From the NCBI RefSeq assembly GCF_036321535.1, contig NC_087472.1, positions 98,582,001 to 98,646,000 of the forward strand: a stretch of DNA of 64,000 nt, written 5' to 3'. Origin of the DNA: Camelus dromedarius. Lineage: Eukaryota. Positions 1 to 15,135 of this stretch are shown here, in pieces. The notes under the pieces are model-generated. The model was given only the letters and a program-made list of their open reading frames with translations. It had not been told where the DNA came from and ran no database searches. Each line of letters opens with the position of its first letter. Position 1 is the first letter of the stretch. The position numbers and the translations under genes are program-made.

Positions 1-1179
1 ACAAAGCAACTTATAATGCAGCGAGAAAATAAAATGATGTGATGGGAAAGTCTGATCTGCTAATCTATGAATTAATGAGTCAAACACTGAGCTCTGAACT
101 TTAATGATCATGAAAAATATTTCATAATAAATATATACTGCAAGTCAAATGTATTTGGACATACTAAAATAGTTTTACATATATTTATTTGAAAAATAGA
201 TTCACATTAAAAATTTAAAGAACCTAACAGAACATTTTTGTATGTTTTTATGTTATTTAAGTATAATGCAACTTTGAGGTCAATAAGTAGGAAAGCTTTG
301 AACAATGAGAAATCATTATAATCTATAATACTATTCATGTGTGAAGAATTTGGGATTTCAGGGAAAAATGTCTAATAATGGTATAAAGTACTAATACAGA
401 ATTTAATAATAATTTACATAGCAGTGATAACAATGGCATTTTTATATACTGCTTTTCTTTCTGTTCTTTCAATATGAACAATGGGCAATGGTTTATTTCA
501 ATTGGCAATTCAAATTTTTAAAAATTAAACTTCTATAAAAGGTAATGGTCTCCTATTTCAAAAATGTGAGTTTTGTAAAGAACAAAAATTTCTTCTATGA
601 TGTGTTTAAAGATTATATCCTGACTGAAATGGGAGAAAATGTATTACTTCTTGTCTTTCATCATTCAGAATATTTTTATAACTTCCTAGATACCTCTAGT
701 TCTAAATGAAAGTTAACTTTAAAGTGGTGTTTCATGTTGAAGAAAAATGCAGGAATTCTAACGCAATAATTTCCCTATTTTTGCCACCATACATGGTGGA
801 AAAGAGAAAAACAATCAGTCAGGAAGAATGTAATAGGTACATTTTAATCACTGTCTAAACTTTTTTACCTACTGTTTATCAACAACTATTCTTATCTTAT
901 GTCCTTATTTAAAATAATTGTATAAACTGGCATCTAGTTTCTTCAAGAAGTATATTCGGATATAAATTTTAAATAGAAGACTACATCATAAAATGAAACT
1001 TCTCACTTTCATTTCTATCCATATTTTGGCTTAAAATAATTTGTGTTTTTTTTGGAATTATGCTTTAAATATTTATAAATGACAATTTGAATGATTAAAT
1101 TTATCATTTGGGTTTTAGTTATTGTAACTTTCAGATTTCATCACAATTAAGCCTATTAGGATAAGCTGTGAAGAGATCA

Positions 1180-1509
<330 letters not shown>

Positions 1510-4500
1510 TTAATGTTCTCCCCCTTTAATAAGATTAGTTAGAAAAAAAAAGAAAATCACATAATTGGTGTACCATCCTATCAATTTTCAGGAGTTATAT
1601 ACTCAAGTAAGAAATTTTATTTTTGAATTGATTAACCATGTTATTGCTTTAGAGTCCATATCATTATGAGATAACATAATGGACATTTACCACGCCAAAG
1701 CAGAGACTAAAATGGTATCCTACCAATGGAGTAATTTAGAATTTAAAGAAATTATGTCATCATTAATGCTGCACAAGGTCTAGATACACGCTCTGTTCAC
1801 AAGCACAATTTAAAAATCCACATGCCTGAACACAAGGATTTGGCAACATCCTGAGCTTACAATCTATACCACATGCTTTCTCATCACCATCTTTTAGACA
1901 TATGTGGTACAAGTGTCTTCTAAGTTAGACTGACATTATACTACCAGTAGCTAGTCCTGACACACCAAGGCAATATTCTGATGTATGGAAGACAGCATCA
2001 ATAAAAGAAACCTTTTACCATGATATAAAGATAGAATAAAAAATGACAAGGCAATGCTACTCTAATGTAGCAACTGGAAATGTATTCCTTAAGACCCTAT
2101 AAACTTAAAACATAATGTGCTAAATTTAATGAAGCCATTCTATTTGAATATCACCTCAAAACATACTGTATAATTAAACTGAGGTACTTGACAAATGTCC
2201 TGAAACCTGGCTCAACTGTTGTCCATGTTAAATTACTTATCATCCTTTTGAATTTTTGAACATAGACTAATTTTGGTTACTTTACTTTTTAAAATGTACT
2301 GGTTGTACAGTTATCTGAAATCCTAGAACTATACTTTAAAGAAGCACTTTAAAATATCTGTTATTCCAAGGTTTAAAAAAATACATTTCACATTTAAAAA
2401 GGGAGAAGAACCTTTTATCTCAACTCTAAAGGATTAGAAATTTCCAGGATGTTATATAAATACTTTGGGACAAAATTTATCCTGGATTGCAAGCAGAATT
2501 TAGCAAATGGTCTGAACAGTGGTCTAGTTTCTTCCTAGGCACCAAATGAAAGAGAAGGGGTGCCTTTGCCTATTATCCATCATGTTTTTGCTTGGAAGAT
2601 AATGATCGAGCTGTAAAGAATGAGCACTTCCATCAAAACAAGCAATGATCCCAGAGACTATGATGAAGAGGTACTGCGGACCACAGCCACTGTAGGACAA
2701 TGGGAGACTTTAGTTTATATGAGTGACTGTTCATTTAAATTATAACCTCTACTATAACTGAATTGAGTGATGGTGAAGTAAAAGAGTTAGGACAAAAAAG
2801 AAGCAATATAATGCTTAAAACCTCAGGGGTCTCAGATACGAATCAAAGTGATCATTATGATACCTTGCCAACGCGAATAAGAAGCTGCCAGTTTAAAAAA
2901 ACACATACTAATGTGGATCAACTACAGTAATGGAACTAGTCAAATGTCTCCCATTATATGTAAGTCGGGATTATTATGTGCCCAAAGGTATAATACATTG
3001 ATTCTGATCCTTCTGATAGCTAAGTAGTGTCACTGTAGCCATTTCTATGAGCCAAGAGTCAAAGCAAAGTTAGTTCAAATCCAAGTATTCATTGTGCTTG
3101 CTAAAAAAATATGCACGCAGACTTCTGAGTTCCAGGTTTGGAGGGAGAAAACATACTGTTTATACAAAGAGTTTATGAACAACTTATTAATGATAACCAC
3201 ATTTTATCATTTATTTATTCAAATAATTGCTAACTATCCTAAAGCAATCAACATGCCTATATCCTTCTTTCAGCTTATCTATTCCCGACAATGAATTACC
3301 CATAGATTTCTTCTACCAATTTATTTCCATTTTATTCTGTGACAGGATCATTGTGACTAGTTAAATTTTTTTAGGTCTAGATAGTGTTTTCCTGTGTAAT
3401 ATTCAGTATAATTTGATTCATCCTGTTTTCACAATTTCTCTATGGTCTTTTTGAATATACAATTCCAAAAAACAGAATTGTTTTTTCATGAGAATTGGAA
3501 TTGTTTTTTGATGAGAAAGTAATAATTTGGTTAGATTCTAATTTTATAACTGAATGCTACTTAATGGCAGAATATTATATAACTTTATTACTTTTTAATC
3601 AGTCTTCCCACTCTCACTGACCTAAGATTAGGAGTATTTTAAAGAAATGTGACCATTATAAAGTATGTACCTTTAGCTCCCAAATTCTACTTTCACTACC
3701 ACTAGGAAATGATTGGATAAAAGCATAGAGATAAATGTGCAACATGTGTGTTGCAGTGCTATTTAAACCAATCAAACCCTGTGCATTATGTAAATACCTA
3801 TTAGCATGGGATATAAAAATTGTGTAGAAAAAAGTTTAAAAACAGCTAATGTAATTCAATTCTACTTTTGTAAAAAAAATTTATATAAATAGAGAAAACA
3901 CAGAAAGATATACAATATCATTAACAATGGTAACATTAAAGGGGAGTAAAGACTACAACATATCTTTTCCTCTTTATACTTTTATTTCCTGAACTTTTGG
4001 TAATAAACATGTTATTTTTAGAAACAATAAAATCAACAAAATAAATGGACCTAGTCCATGAATAGTAATATTTCAGTTAGAAAATCGTGAATTTTATGAA
4101 TTACCTAATTAGGACTGTTCATTATGAATGGAAAACTCCCCCTCAAAGTACAGAACCAGAAAGATAACACTATTTAAAACAGTAAAATGTGGTGATGGTG
4201 AAATCACACCTGCTCTGTGCATTATACTTTTAGATAATTAGCAAAAGAAAAACAAAATAATTACTTAGCTGTGAACAATAAGTCAAGAACTATATTATCT
4301 GTTGATTTTTTTATTCCAGGAATGATTTCAGTATATACTTCACTTAAGTGTTAAGCCAGGTTCACCTGGAAATTGCTGAATGGGAATGAAGCTGGCTGAG
4401 TGGTTCCCAGCCTACGTGTAATGTTTTTCTTAATAACAGGTAGGTTTTAGCTGTATCAGTCCCATCCTAGTACTTGTATACACAAACAGCCACCAGACAA

Positions 4501-5699
4501 CATGCCTCTCACTCAAATAATCCTTTTAAACTTAGTACTTTTTCAAACTCCCTGACTTGGATCATTTCTTCATTACTTTCTATCTTCTCTACCACATATA
4601 ATTCTTATTGTCCCCATTTATTGGGTTGTATCATGTTCTGTTTAAGGGCAAATATGGCATGGTCCTAGAGTTCCAGGAAAAATGATTCCCAGCTCTGATT
4701 CTGTGATATCCAAACATATCTTAGGTCATATAACTGTAGTGAATTCTTGAAATAAATTTATTTCACTTTAACTGTTACTGAGATACTTATGATTGACAGA
4801 TTTTATATGAGGACATGAGTAGATGGTGTGATAAAATGAAGCTAGTATGTAGGTTACAACTTCAAGAAATTTGGGAGCCCCATGTTCACAGCTAAAGATA
4901 ACGGTGCATACACATCAAAATAGTAAAACATCAGTGTATCAGTCATTTTTCAAGATTAGTTTTATACTTCCTCATTTAAGTTTCTGGCTATGGTTTTAAA
5001 TTAAGTGTGACAGACCTGAATTAGAAGCCATGTGAAGAAATAATAATACGAAAAATGACTGTATTCTTTACATTTGTTTCAATGAAAGTTCTTCCATACT
5101 AGGAGACAGAGGGAGCTTTGAAGGAAGAAGGTATCCTAGTGCATGCTAATATAAGAGTATAATCCACTAATATGGGAAGAAATTAAATAAGGTACAAAAT
5201 TTTAAGAGATAATGGTTTTGGGACACAGATGAAGAAAAACATTCTAATAATGAAAGACATCCAAAAAGGAACCGGCTGACTTGTGAAATAGTGAGTTCAA
5301 CACCAAAAAAGATGTTTCAATAATCTTGCACAGGCCAAATGATTAGAGTTCCGAAGCCACAATACAATTCCAACTCTAATACGCAGAATAGGTAAGAAAA
5401 TGGAAATAGGTTATACAACAGATGAGCCTGAGTAAAGGAATGTGGTCCTAGTACATCTCTACTTGTCCTCCATCTTTTCTTCCTCCTCACAACCAATAAA
5501 TGCAGGTGTTTCTTCTAGGCTAAGAGTTAACACTTTGAATATTTCATGCTGTCTTCTTAAAATAATCTCATCTCTTCCCAGAGTTTCCACTAACAACTTT
5601 CTGCATGACTCACAAATCTTTCTAACCATCCCTGCTTCCTATCAAGAACTTATTACACATTTCCAACAGTTCAGTTTATCCACACTAATAGCTATTGAA

Positions 5700-5930
5700 T
5701 AATCAAGTACCAGTAATTCACTATGCTAGATTCTTCATATCTATATTACATTCCTTTTATTTATATTTTCATTCCCACAACAGCCTTATGAGGTAAACTA
5801 TTAAACCCATTTTACATGTGAAGAAACTGAAGCAAAAAGAGATGTTTTCTTGAACAAGATTACAAATATAGTAAGTTGCAAAGCCAGAATTCACATTCAA
5901 GTCTATTTGATTCTAAAGTACAAGGTACTA
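5700..5930 (-). mobile_element. MIR SINE
   Basis: cacaacagccttatgaggta...cccattttacatgtgaagaaactgaagc (reverse MIR core). Confidence 0.8.
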
Positions 5931-6368
5931 CAACAGCAAGCATCCTCCCCTAAATATTCCATTGGTCGTTCACATGAATACAACACTTTAAAAATCAAAC
6001 TTATCTCCCTGTTTTCACTCAGCAAGTGCAACAAAAAGTTCCCCATCATCCTCTCAAGTTTTGAGTATGGAGTCACCTATGACAGTTCCTCTTCTTTTTA
6101 TTCCAGGTGTGTCCTAAATAGTCTAGCAACTAATAACTCTCCTCACTGCCTTACTTCTGGCTTGGATGCCTGACTGCTAGACTTAAAACAGGGTCCTAGC
6201 TGCTCTTTCTACCTGCAGTCCTTTCTAGCTCCAAAATACTGCTACAGTGTAAAAGTGTTCTTTCACTCAGAACCTTTGAAAAGCTCTCCAAAGGCCTAAT
6301 GAAAGAATCAGTCCTCAAATAGGTCCTTTGCCAATACGGCCATAGCTATCTCCTATTATTTCTCTTTA

Positions 6369-6527
6369 ATGTGATTCTTAAACTTCAGCAGGTGTTAGAA
6401 TCACCTGGAAACCTGAGTTTTTGATCCAGTGGGTCTGAGGTGAAGTCCTAGAATTTGCATTTTTTCCCACAAGTTCCTAAGTGATGCAGATGTTACTGGC
6501 ATGGGAACCACATTTTGAGAAATGCTG
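6369..6527. mobile_element. MER5A-like element
   Basis: ttagaatcacctgga...gaatttgcatttt...caagttcc...gtgatgcagatg...accacattttgagaa. Confidence 0.75.
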
Positions 6528-9500
6528 TATTAGACAACGAGCTTCTTGAAGGCAATGACTTGCCCATGTCTACAATATTTAAATGTTTTTAAGATTAGAT
6601 AATATAACTTACAGAATCAGTAAATATTCATTGTATGCCTCCCATGTATTATGGATACAATAGTGCATGTAGCAAAATCTGTGTCTCACTAAAAAGTATA
6701 ATGAGCAGGGGAGAAATGAGCGGGTCAGTAAACATTTACAATAAATTAGAACAAAATAAAATTATAAAGTAATTAGAATAAAATAAAATAGAATGGATAC
6801 AGGGTGAAATGGAAGCCTCCCCAAAGGGCATCTATCTAACCCATTCTTGGTGGCTCACGGAAGGTTTCCTTTTAGTCCAAGCTGAATTTCTTAGGAGTTG
6901 GACAGGTGCAGGGGAACGTGGAGATTGAGGAAGTGAAAAAAACCATGAGAAAAGGTAAAACCAGTCTGAAAAACTTCCAGTAGCTCAGTATGGGTGGAAG
7001 AGTCGGCGGAATTAAGTATATGTTCCTCCCCAAAACTGTGTTTTTGTCCTCAGCTATGCCTTTGCAAAAAGCACTCTTCTTCTACTTGTAATTGTTCTCC
7101 TATCAAATCTTACCTATCCATAATGGCTCATATTAAATGCAATCTTCATTATTAAGCTTCTTACAGCGAGAACCTTATTTTCCTCATGTGAATCTCAAAG
7201 CACACTGTTTATCTCTCCAGTGGCATTTTTTTCATGCAATGCCTCTTATTAAAGATAAATATATCTTTCCTCCCCCCTACCCCCAATCTACCACCACAAA
7301 ACTGGATTTTGAGGTTTTTGTTTTTGTTTTTGAGAATAAAAACTAAGTCTTACTTGTCTGGCTATACCTACAATCAATGCCTTACAAATGGCAGAGACAA
7401 TCAGTATTCGTTGAACTCAGTGAAATGAGAATGTAACTGTTTCAGAGATAATAAAGTGCCAAGAAAGTTTAGTTTTATATGTAAAACCAATATGTAGTAT
7501 TAAATTTTTCTCTAAGTGTACTATACTTGATTTTCAGGCTATAATAGACATTCTTTATCCAAAATTATCAAATAAACTTTCTTATAAGTGGATATTTGAA
7601 AAAAAGTATTTATATTTTGGGTGCTCCAGACCTAAAGTCATAGTGATGTGATTATGACAAGAAATACAACAGTGGATATAGTTCCTATTTGTCATAGAAA
7701 GATTCTGTTTTATGTGTATACATTATATAAACACTTAGGAAAGTTTTCTTCCAGAAAAATATTTTGTAGTGGTTGTAAACAGTCCAAGTTTCTCTTTCTC
7801 AACATTTTAATAGAATATTTCATTCACATTAAGTTCATGGGCTGGAATGAACCTTTTAAAAACCACCATATACATCTTACACAAAATACGTCTTATTATT
7901 AGCTATAATGTTTTTCTCATATGCTGAACAACTAATATCTTCCTCGTTGTGCAAGGCAGGAAAAGTCAGTGTCCCTCAGCAATGGCAAGTCTTGTTAGTT
8001 TATATGTAAATCCCCAACTTGAATACTGAAATGTATTTTATGTACAACACAAAACAGGATTAAAATCACCCCAGAAAGCTTTTAAGATACCTCAGGAGTT
8101 AAAAGCCAGAGGTTTTGGTTCTTTGTAGATGGTGCTTATAACTACTCTGATCAAGATGAAGGAGATACCAGGGGTTCTTGGGTTAATGGCAACATAAGTA
8201 GGAAGGTCCTTGGACAATGGCTTCCCCAGATTAGGTGCACAGGAGGATTTGGGGTTGGTGCTGAAGTGATGAGAGACTTCCATTCCTTTTTGTACACAGA
8301 GGTTAAAAGTTATCTCTGACCCCAGGATTGGCTCTAGCCTATCTAATTTCCAAACAGCAGCTGGTGAGTTATTTGACCAACATATGAAAAGAATCTCTAC
8401 TCTATGGTCCCAGGCAGCCAAAGTTACAAACAAGCATAAAGGTAAGAATGTAAGCCTATCAACCTGGACCTTCTTTACCTTTGTCACAGTTGTATTTGGA
8501 ATTACAAGAAAGTATCTCAACACCCACAAGCAGGAAGATAAGACATTCTTAAAATATTTTCAAAGTTACCATCCTTCAGAAGACAAAGTAAATTCATTAA
8601 CAGTTACCCATGCTTCCATGTATACACTCACTCTTACTCACAGGTTGTAATGTATAAATGATACCTTTTCACAAAGGAAATTTCAAAGAGACTTGAAGTG
8701 TGTCTATATGAATGTCTGATGATATGAGTCATACTATACCTAAAGGTCCTGCTGCTCTTTTTAAAAGCACTGAAGAGACTTAATTCAATGCACAAACCAT
8801 CGCTCTGCAACCAGTGACACTGTCTTTGCCAAACTTTTTGGTGCTGAGATATTTATTATAGTTCTCTGTTCCCTTGCATTACTAAAGCATTTAAAAACAT
8901 TTCAGAAGTAACTAATTTTAATACACAATATCTTTCAAAGATCATAGAACTACTAACTCTTCAGTACCAATCTAAAAACTTCACCTTCACGTAAATTTTT
9001 TCATACAATACTGATGATAAAGTCTTATAATATTAAAATGTAGTATATTTGGAGATATCCTAATTTTGCTCTTTCACAATCACTCATTTACTGAATAGAG
9101 ACAGAGAACTAGCCATGGCTCAAATTAAAGGAATATAGGCTGAAAGGTATGTATTTGGCTAAGTAACTAAATGCAAAAAAAAAAAAAAAGTGATTTTAAA
9201 TTCCAGCATGGAATAATTTAAATACGCAATTCAGAGTATTGAAAAATGTCCCAAGGTGTTATCTATTTTAAATAAAACCTTAGTAGTGATATTTTTACAA
9301 ACATGATTAGAGGAGATAATCTTGGGAAAAGATCAAAGTGTTTGAAGAGAAGGAATATGGGAATGAAAGTACTATTTTCATTAGGGGAAAAATTCCACAA
9401 TTTTATGTCTTTATTCTCTGAGCCACTCTTCACTTCACAGCCTCCTTAAAAGGCATTTATTTCAGTGAAATAAGACTATGCCAGGCACTTTTTTAAGGCA

Positions 9501-12500
9501 TTTGTTTTTTATGCGGCTTAGTTTCACTATAAAACTTGGACCATGTTGAGCTGCTCACAATTTGAATGTACATATCTGTTTTGGTACTTAATATTTTCAT
9601 GCTAATTTCACAGTCACACATATAATATGTGTATATGTGTGTGTGTGTTTTATATTTAAAGAGAAAGCATAGAGAACAGTTTCTTACTGCTGAAGATGGA
9701 TAGGGAGTCCAAGAGAGAAAGCCAGCTTAACGACTACAAGAAGCTACTACTCTTTTTTTCACCTATTGCACATGACCTTTCTGGAGTCTTTTTCTCCATA
9801 ACCAAGAAACTCTGAGAGTTAAATCAGAATTTCTTGATTGGCTCATGAGGAATTGAATGGGAGGAAGGAAAACAGTAATCATAATTTTTTTCCATTTATT
9901 TTTACAAATCATCTACATTGTTTTCACCAAAGGTGGTATATTTCCATATCTTGTTATTTGCATTATCTCCTGTTAACCTATCACTTACATAAAATGCAGA
10001 CTTTGTATCACTGGTACCTCTGCTTCTGTGGCAAGCTAATTCAAAAACAAGGGTATATAGTTTAGCATCTTGAACATACAGCTTTTTCTCCCTTCTTCCA
10101 TTTCAGTATGGTATCTGGCAATATTTTGGTCTCTGAAGGCCAAAGGTTTATTTTGGGGGTTTCATGGCTTACATTCATATATGCTATAGAAAACTAAATC
10201 AAAGCCCATTTTATTTTTATTTCATCTTCATTCATAGTCTTCTTTAATTTCCCCAAAACAAAATTGAGTGAGTCTGAGACTTGGAGGAGAAAGACAATCA
10301 CATCACAGTGAAAAGACTGTGGGTAACAAACCTTTGACCATACCCTAGAACCTCATTCCTCTAAAAATCAGTAACATTTTAATATCATAATAATACAGAT
10401 TTTTAACTAAAATTTTTATAAAAGTATCTGTATGGGTTAAATTTTAAAACAATTTCATATTTGTATATATGGAGATTATTACATTTCAGCCATTCCTTCT
10501 GGTTTCATTTCTGCTCTCCTTGCAAAGACATTGGAAATATGTGTATTTTAAAATAAAGAGTCCTAGTCACCAAAGCTAAGGGATGAAACAAAGCTTTGTT
10601 TTCTAAAAACTGATCGCTCCTATTTATAAGAATTCTGAGAAAGAATAAAGAAAACATCTATACTTATGAAGAAATCATGCTTTAATTTAAGAATCCAAAT
10701 GAAAAATGTAATTAGAAAGTAACCAAAACCCTAGTATTCAAAAAGTAACATGCTTAAAAAGTTATAGCTTTTCTATGAATAATTTGTATGTCACTGTCAT
10801 TTACTGGTAGATATAACAAAAATATGTGTATTTGAAAATATTAGGAAATATTGCAATAGATGCTTATATTTATCAAACAAAACCAAAGCATGTATATATG
10901 CATTTATATAGCTAAATAAACAGCATTTTATATCTTTATTAATACAAAATTTTAGTTTAAGAACTTCCATAATAGCTATAAATACTTTCACTGTAGAAGT
11001 AATCTTTAGAAATCATTTTACCAGAAATGCAACAACTCAGACAAAAAAAAAGGTCAATGTCAGCTCTAAACGGGGCCACAGTGAACTCTCTCTGCCATTT
11101 TTCTCAATTTTAAAATATCCTTTATTGCTCAGTATTAGAGTTAATAACATGAAAGGAAATGTGAAAGTAATCAGTGGTTACATTACCTAAAATTTTAGTC
11201 ACCATGCTGAATGTTAATTTAATGGATGAATCCTATATTTGAATCCTAGGGCTAAATAACCTAAAAAGAATGTAAGATTATCAGTATCTCTTGAATTTCC
11301 TATTTTATGATGCTCTACTGTGTTTTCCTCTGATGCAATAATTTTTTTAATCTTCATTGGGCAGTTAAATGTTATCTACTAATTGCCTACCCCTACTAAA
11401 GACAGTAAGTAAATTAGGCAATTGTGACTGGCCGATTTTTGCCTTTTTGATGGAGGAAGGAAAGGGGATGCAATTGACACAGATTTGCAGATGAGTTGGA
11501 CACTTAATAAGCCAGAGTAGGTAAGAACATCAGCCAATAGATACATTTTAAACATACAAAATAATCACTCATATGGAAACTTTAAAAAATTCTATGTAAA
11601 ATAACTAAATCATATTAACTGTATGTTGACCACTGAAAGATGATTTTAATAATAAAAATAAATTAGAGAAACCATTTTTTAAAGCAATTACTCTTTTCCT
11701 GGTAAAGCTAGTAAGAACTGCATAAATAAGAAAGAAAGAAATCAGGATGTGGAGAGCTGCAGAGAAAATAAATTGGTTAATAGGAAGTTACCATTATTAA
11801 GGCATCATACAACTTATCTCCTTTATATAAAGACTTAATAAGTTGATAACAGAAAAATCATAAAATATTATATTCATAATAAAGTAATAAACTGATTTAT
11901 GTAGGCAAAATAAAATGTATAATTTATATCAACATGTGGCACTTCAAAACCAGTTTCCACACAAGCTCATCAAATCCACAATATTCAATGTAAAATGAAA
12001 GGAATCTATGATCAGCTCCTAAACTACACATTATATAAGGTAGTATCTGAAATAAAATATTACCATGAATAATTAAAATCTATGATGCACAATTTCTTTT
12101 AATTTTTGGTAAAGGTCTCTATGATTTTTTTCCCCTTTAAAGAGAACAATTCACTTGCTGTTTTAGAATACCAAGTTCTTAGAATCCTAACTGTTATTTT
12201 AGGGTATTATTATAACCATTTATTAAGCAATACGTTAACACCATGCAAACATAGTTAATCTCTGTACTCCAACAACCTCCTGTGTTTACAGGAATAAGAT
12301 ATGAGGTGCACTGAAAATAGTGCCATTTGAGATTTCAGTTTTCAATATTTTGGTTATAAGGAATTATAAGATAAATACTTTCTCTTTTGAGAAAGGAGAA
12401 CAGAAGAAAATAGGCAAGAATAAAAAAAAACTGAAAGAGGTGAAGAATGGAGAAGACACAGTCAAGGGAGAAGAGATGAGGATGGAAAGAATAAAATGGA

Positions 12501-14939
12501 ATCAAAAGAAAAACCTAAAAAATAAAGATAACACTTTAGTAAATTAAAGAAGAGAAAGAGAAAGCACATCGGTGTTAACCAATATCATGGTACTGATTCC
12601 ACTCAATGAGTCACTCCTTCCTCCTGAAGTCCAGGGGTCGGGTGGAAGAGTGAGAGGAAGGGAAAGGGAGAGCTGGGTTTTAAAGGGTTACCACACTCTC
12701 CATCCATTCTGATAATGTTGCCTTCCCCTTTAAATAATACTCGCCTGTTGTTCTGGGGCTGAAGGAACAACAGGGTGAAAAAAGTCAAAAATGAGAGACT
12801 AGGGTGAGAATAAGAGAGAATAAGGGAGACACCTTTGAGAATTATATAAATGAAGTTAGAATGACCTTTCCAGATAACTCAATAGTCCTTTAATTTGATC
12901 CCTTCCCTCACCGCCTCTGCCATCACCCGTAAGTCCTGTTCAACAATGTTTACCATTCGAGGGGTGACAAAACCCACTAGCTCACAGCGCTCATCTCCCA
13001 TTTCTCACTCATCAATGTCCAACACCCTGACTATTTGTTGTAGCCTATCTTCTTGACTATCCCAACCTGGTTATTCTCCATTTCAGTAGGCCTTATAGCC
13101 ACATCATCTATTAAGCCATTTCTTGCCATAATGTAGTCATCAGGTTCCAAAAGACCTTTAAAAATAATAGTGAATGTTTTAATATTTACACAAAGGAAAA
13201 TTTTCTAAACACTAGATTCAACCGTCACATACCTCACTCTTTTCAACTGATATTCCTAAGAAAAAAATATCTGTTTTTACTATGGATAAAATCTTTAGAA
13301 CACTTACACACCAAAAACAGTATTGACATGAATTTTAACAGACTCATTAGGAATATGCCCAAATTGATTTAATAACTATAAATAGTCTCATTAGCTAAAA
13401 AAAGTTTAAAAGTGCATCATGAGGGCAGAGTTGCTGGTTCAAACTATGCCGAGGTATCTCCCACAGAGGAATGTAGTGGCAGATGAAGTGGAAAAAATCT
13501 TGGGAGATTCCAGCAGCCATTGAGGAGTTGGATCTTCACTGGCAGGGAAGACATGCAATAGGACTCAGTCTGCTTTGCTTGAATGTTCATGATTTTTTCT
13601 TCTTCCTACCTGGCAGCCACAGTTTCTCAGCCACAGAAGTATGTTGATTAGAAAAGCTTAAAAGCCACTTATAATAAAAAATATAGCAACATGAAAAAGG
13701 ACATAAAATTTCCAATTTCATTTCAAATAAGAAAATATACTTAAAAAAAGAGCAAACTAGAAACACACATCTAATTGGACAACCTGAAGATATACCATAC
13801 TAGCAATTTCAAAAAATAGTATTTGAATTCATCTGTGATTATTCAATCTTTTCAGACTCTTAGGGAAAAAATTCAAATTGCTTTTCTATGTATTTTAAAA
13901 TAAGAAAAGTTATCAAATTTTATATTGTACATTACTACCTGTAGCAGTAGGAAATTTTAGAATTACAGAAAAATACTAACTGGGCTAATAACATTCAAAA
14001 TATAAGACTGAACGTTACTCTTTTCATTATTAAATCTAAATTGGTATAGAATAATATTGGCAATATCTAACTATCCTGGTCAATTAATTACTGGATTAGA
14101 AATATTATTAAATATGTATTTCAAATGTATTAGGCCATACTTTAATGTAATTAGTACATCATAAGCAACCACTAATGGTGATGAATACAGGAGGGTAGAA
14201 GGGGTAACTGCAGACTGCAAGTAATTTATACTTGTTTCAACTAATTTATCCATCTATCAAACATTTCACAGTAACAAAATCCAGATAATTTCCATTTCCC
14301 CACCTCAGTATGTTGTCTGGTAAGAACTTAAAAGCACTGTACAGACCACAATGCAGGCAGCAGCAAGGAAAAGAGGGCAGAGCAGGCTGCATTTAATAAA
14401 ATGCACCATTCTTGCACAAATATACCTCCACTTGAATACAAAGAAAATCTGGTAATTGATCACATTATTAAGGAAGGCTACTTTCATGGAATTCAACATA
14501 ATTTCCTGTGAGAGAATGTCTCTATTATTATCCAAAATCAATTTGTAGGTTTTAGCAGCAGTCTGCCAAGAAACTGGACTCCAGTTGGCCCAACTGCTGT
14601 AGCAGGTAAAAGGGAGGAAGGAAGGTTGGAAAGTTAAATTTTATTGAGCTCCTAATGTGTGCCTGGCATTGCGACAGGTGTTTTATATATCTTGTCTATT
14701 TGAAGGAAAGGAGCGAGTGAGGAAGTGGCAGTAAAGTTAAATTTCAACCCCATTTCTAATTTCAGTTGCTGATCCACTATCCGAATTATGTACACTCTCA
14801 CTTCCTTTTCTCTTCTCTTACCCTTGGCCCCACTTAATCCCTCTCTGAATCCTGAGATTCACTTACAAGATTGTTAGAATTCTTGCTCTTTTGTTTGATA
14901 ATTTTATAATTTGAGTTTGGGGAGGGAGTATAAGAAAAC

Positions 14940-15135
14940 TTAAGTAAGAGCATGGGCCTTGGAGTCAGTGAGCTCTGAGCTATGGGTGAGTTAAATAATC
15001 ATTCAATGTCCACATATGCCTTCTTCATAGGATTACTGCCAGGAGTAAATGACATAAAATATGTAAAGTACTTAACATGATGCTTGGCACACTGTAAGAA
15101 CTCAGTAAGTGTTGGTTATGGCTATTACTATTATT
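14940..15135 (+). mobile_element. MIR SINE
   Basis: taagagcatgggccttggagtcag...atgtaaagtacttaacatgatgcttggcacactgtaagaactcagtaagtgttggttat. Confidence 0.8.
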
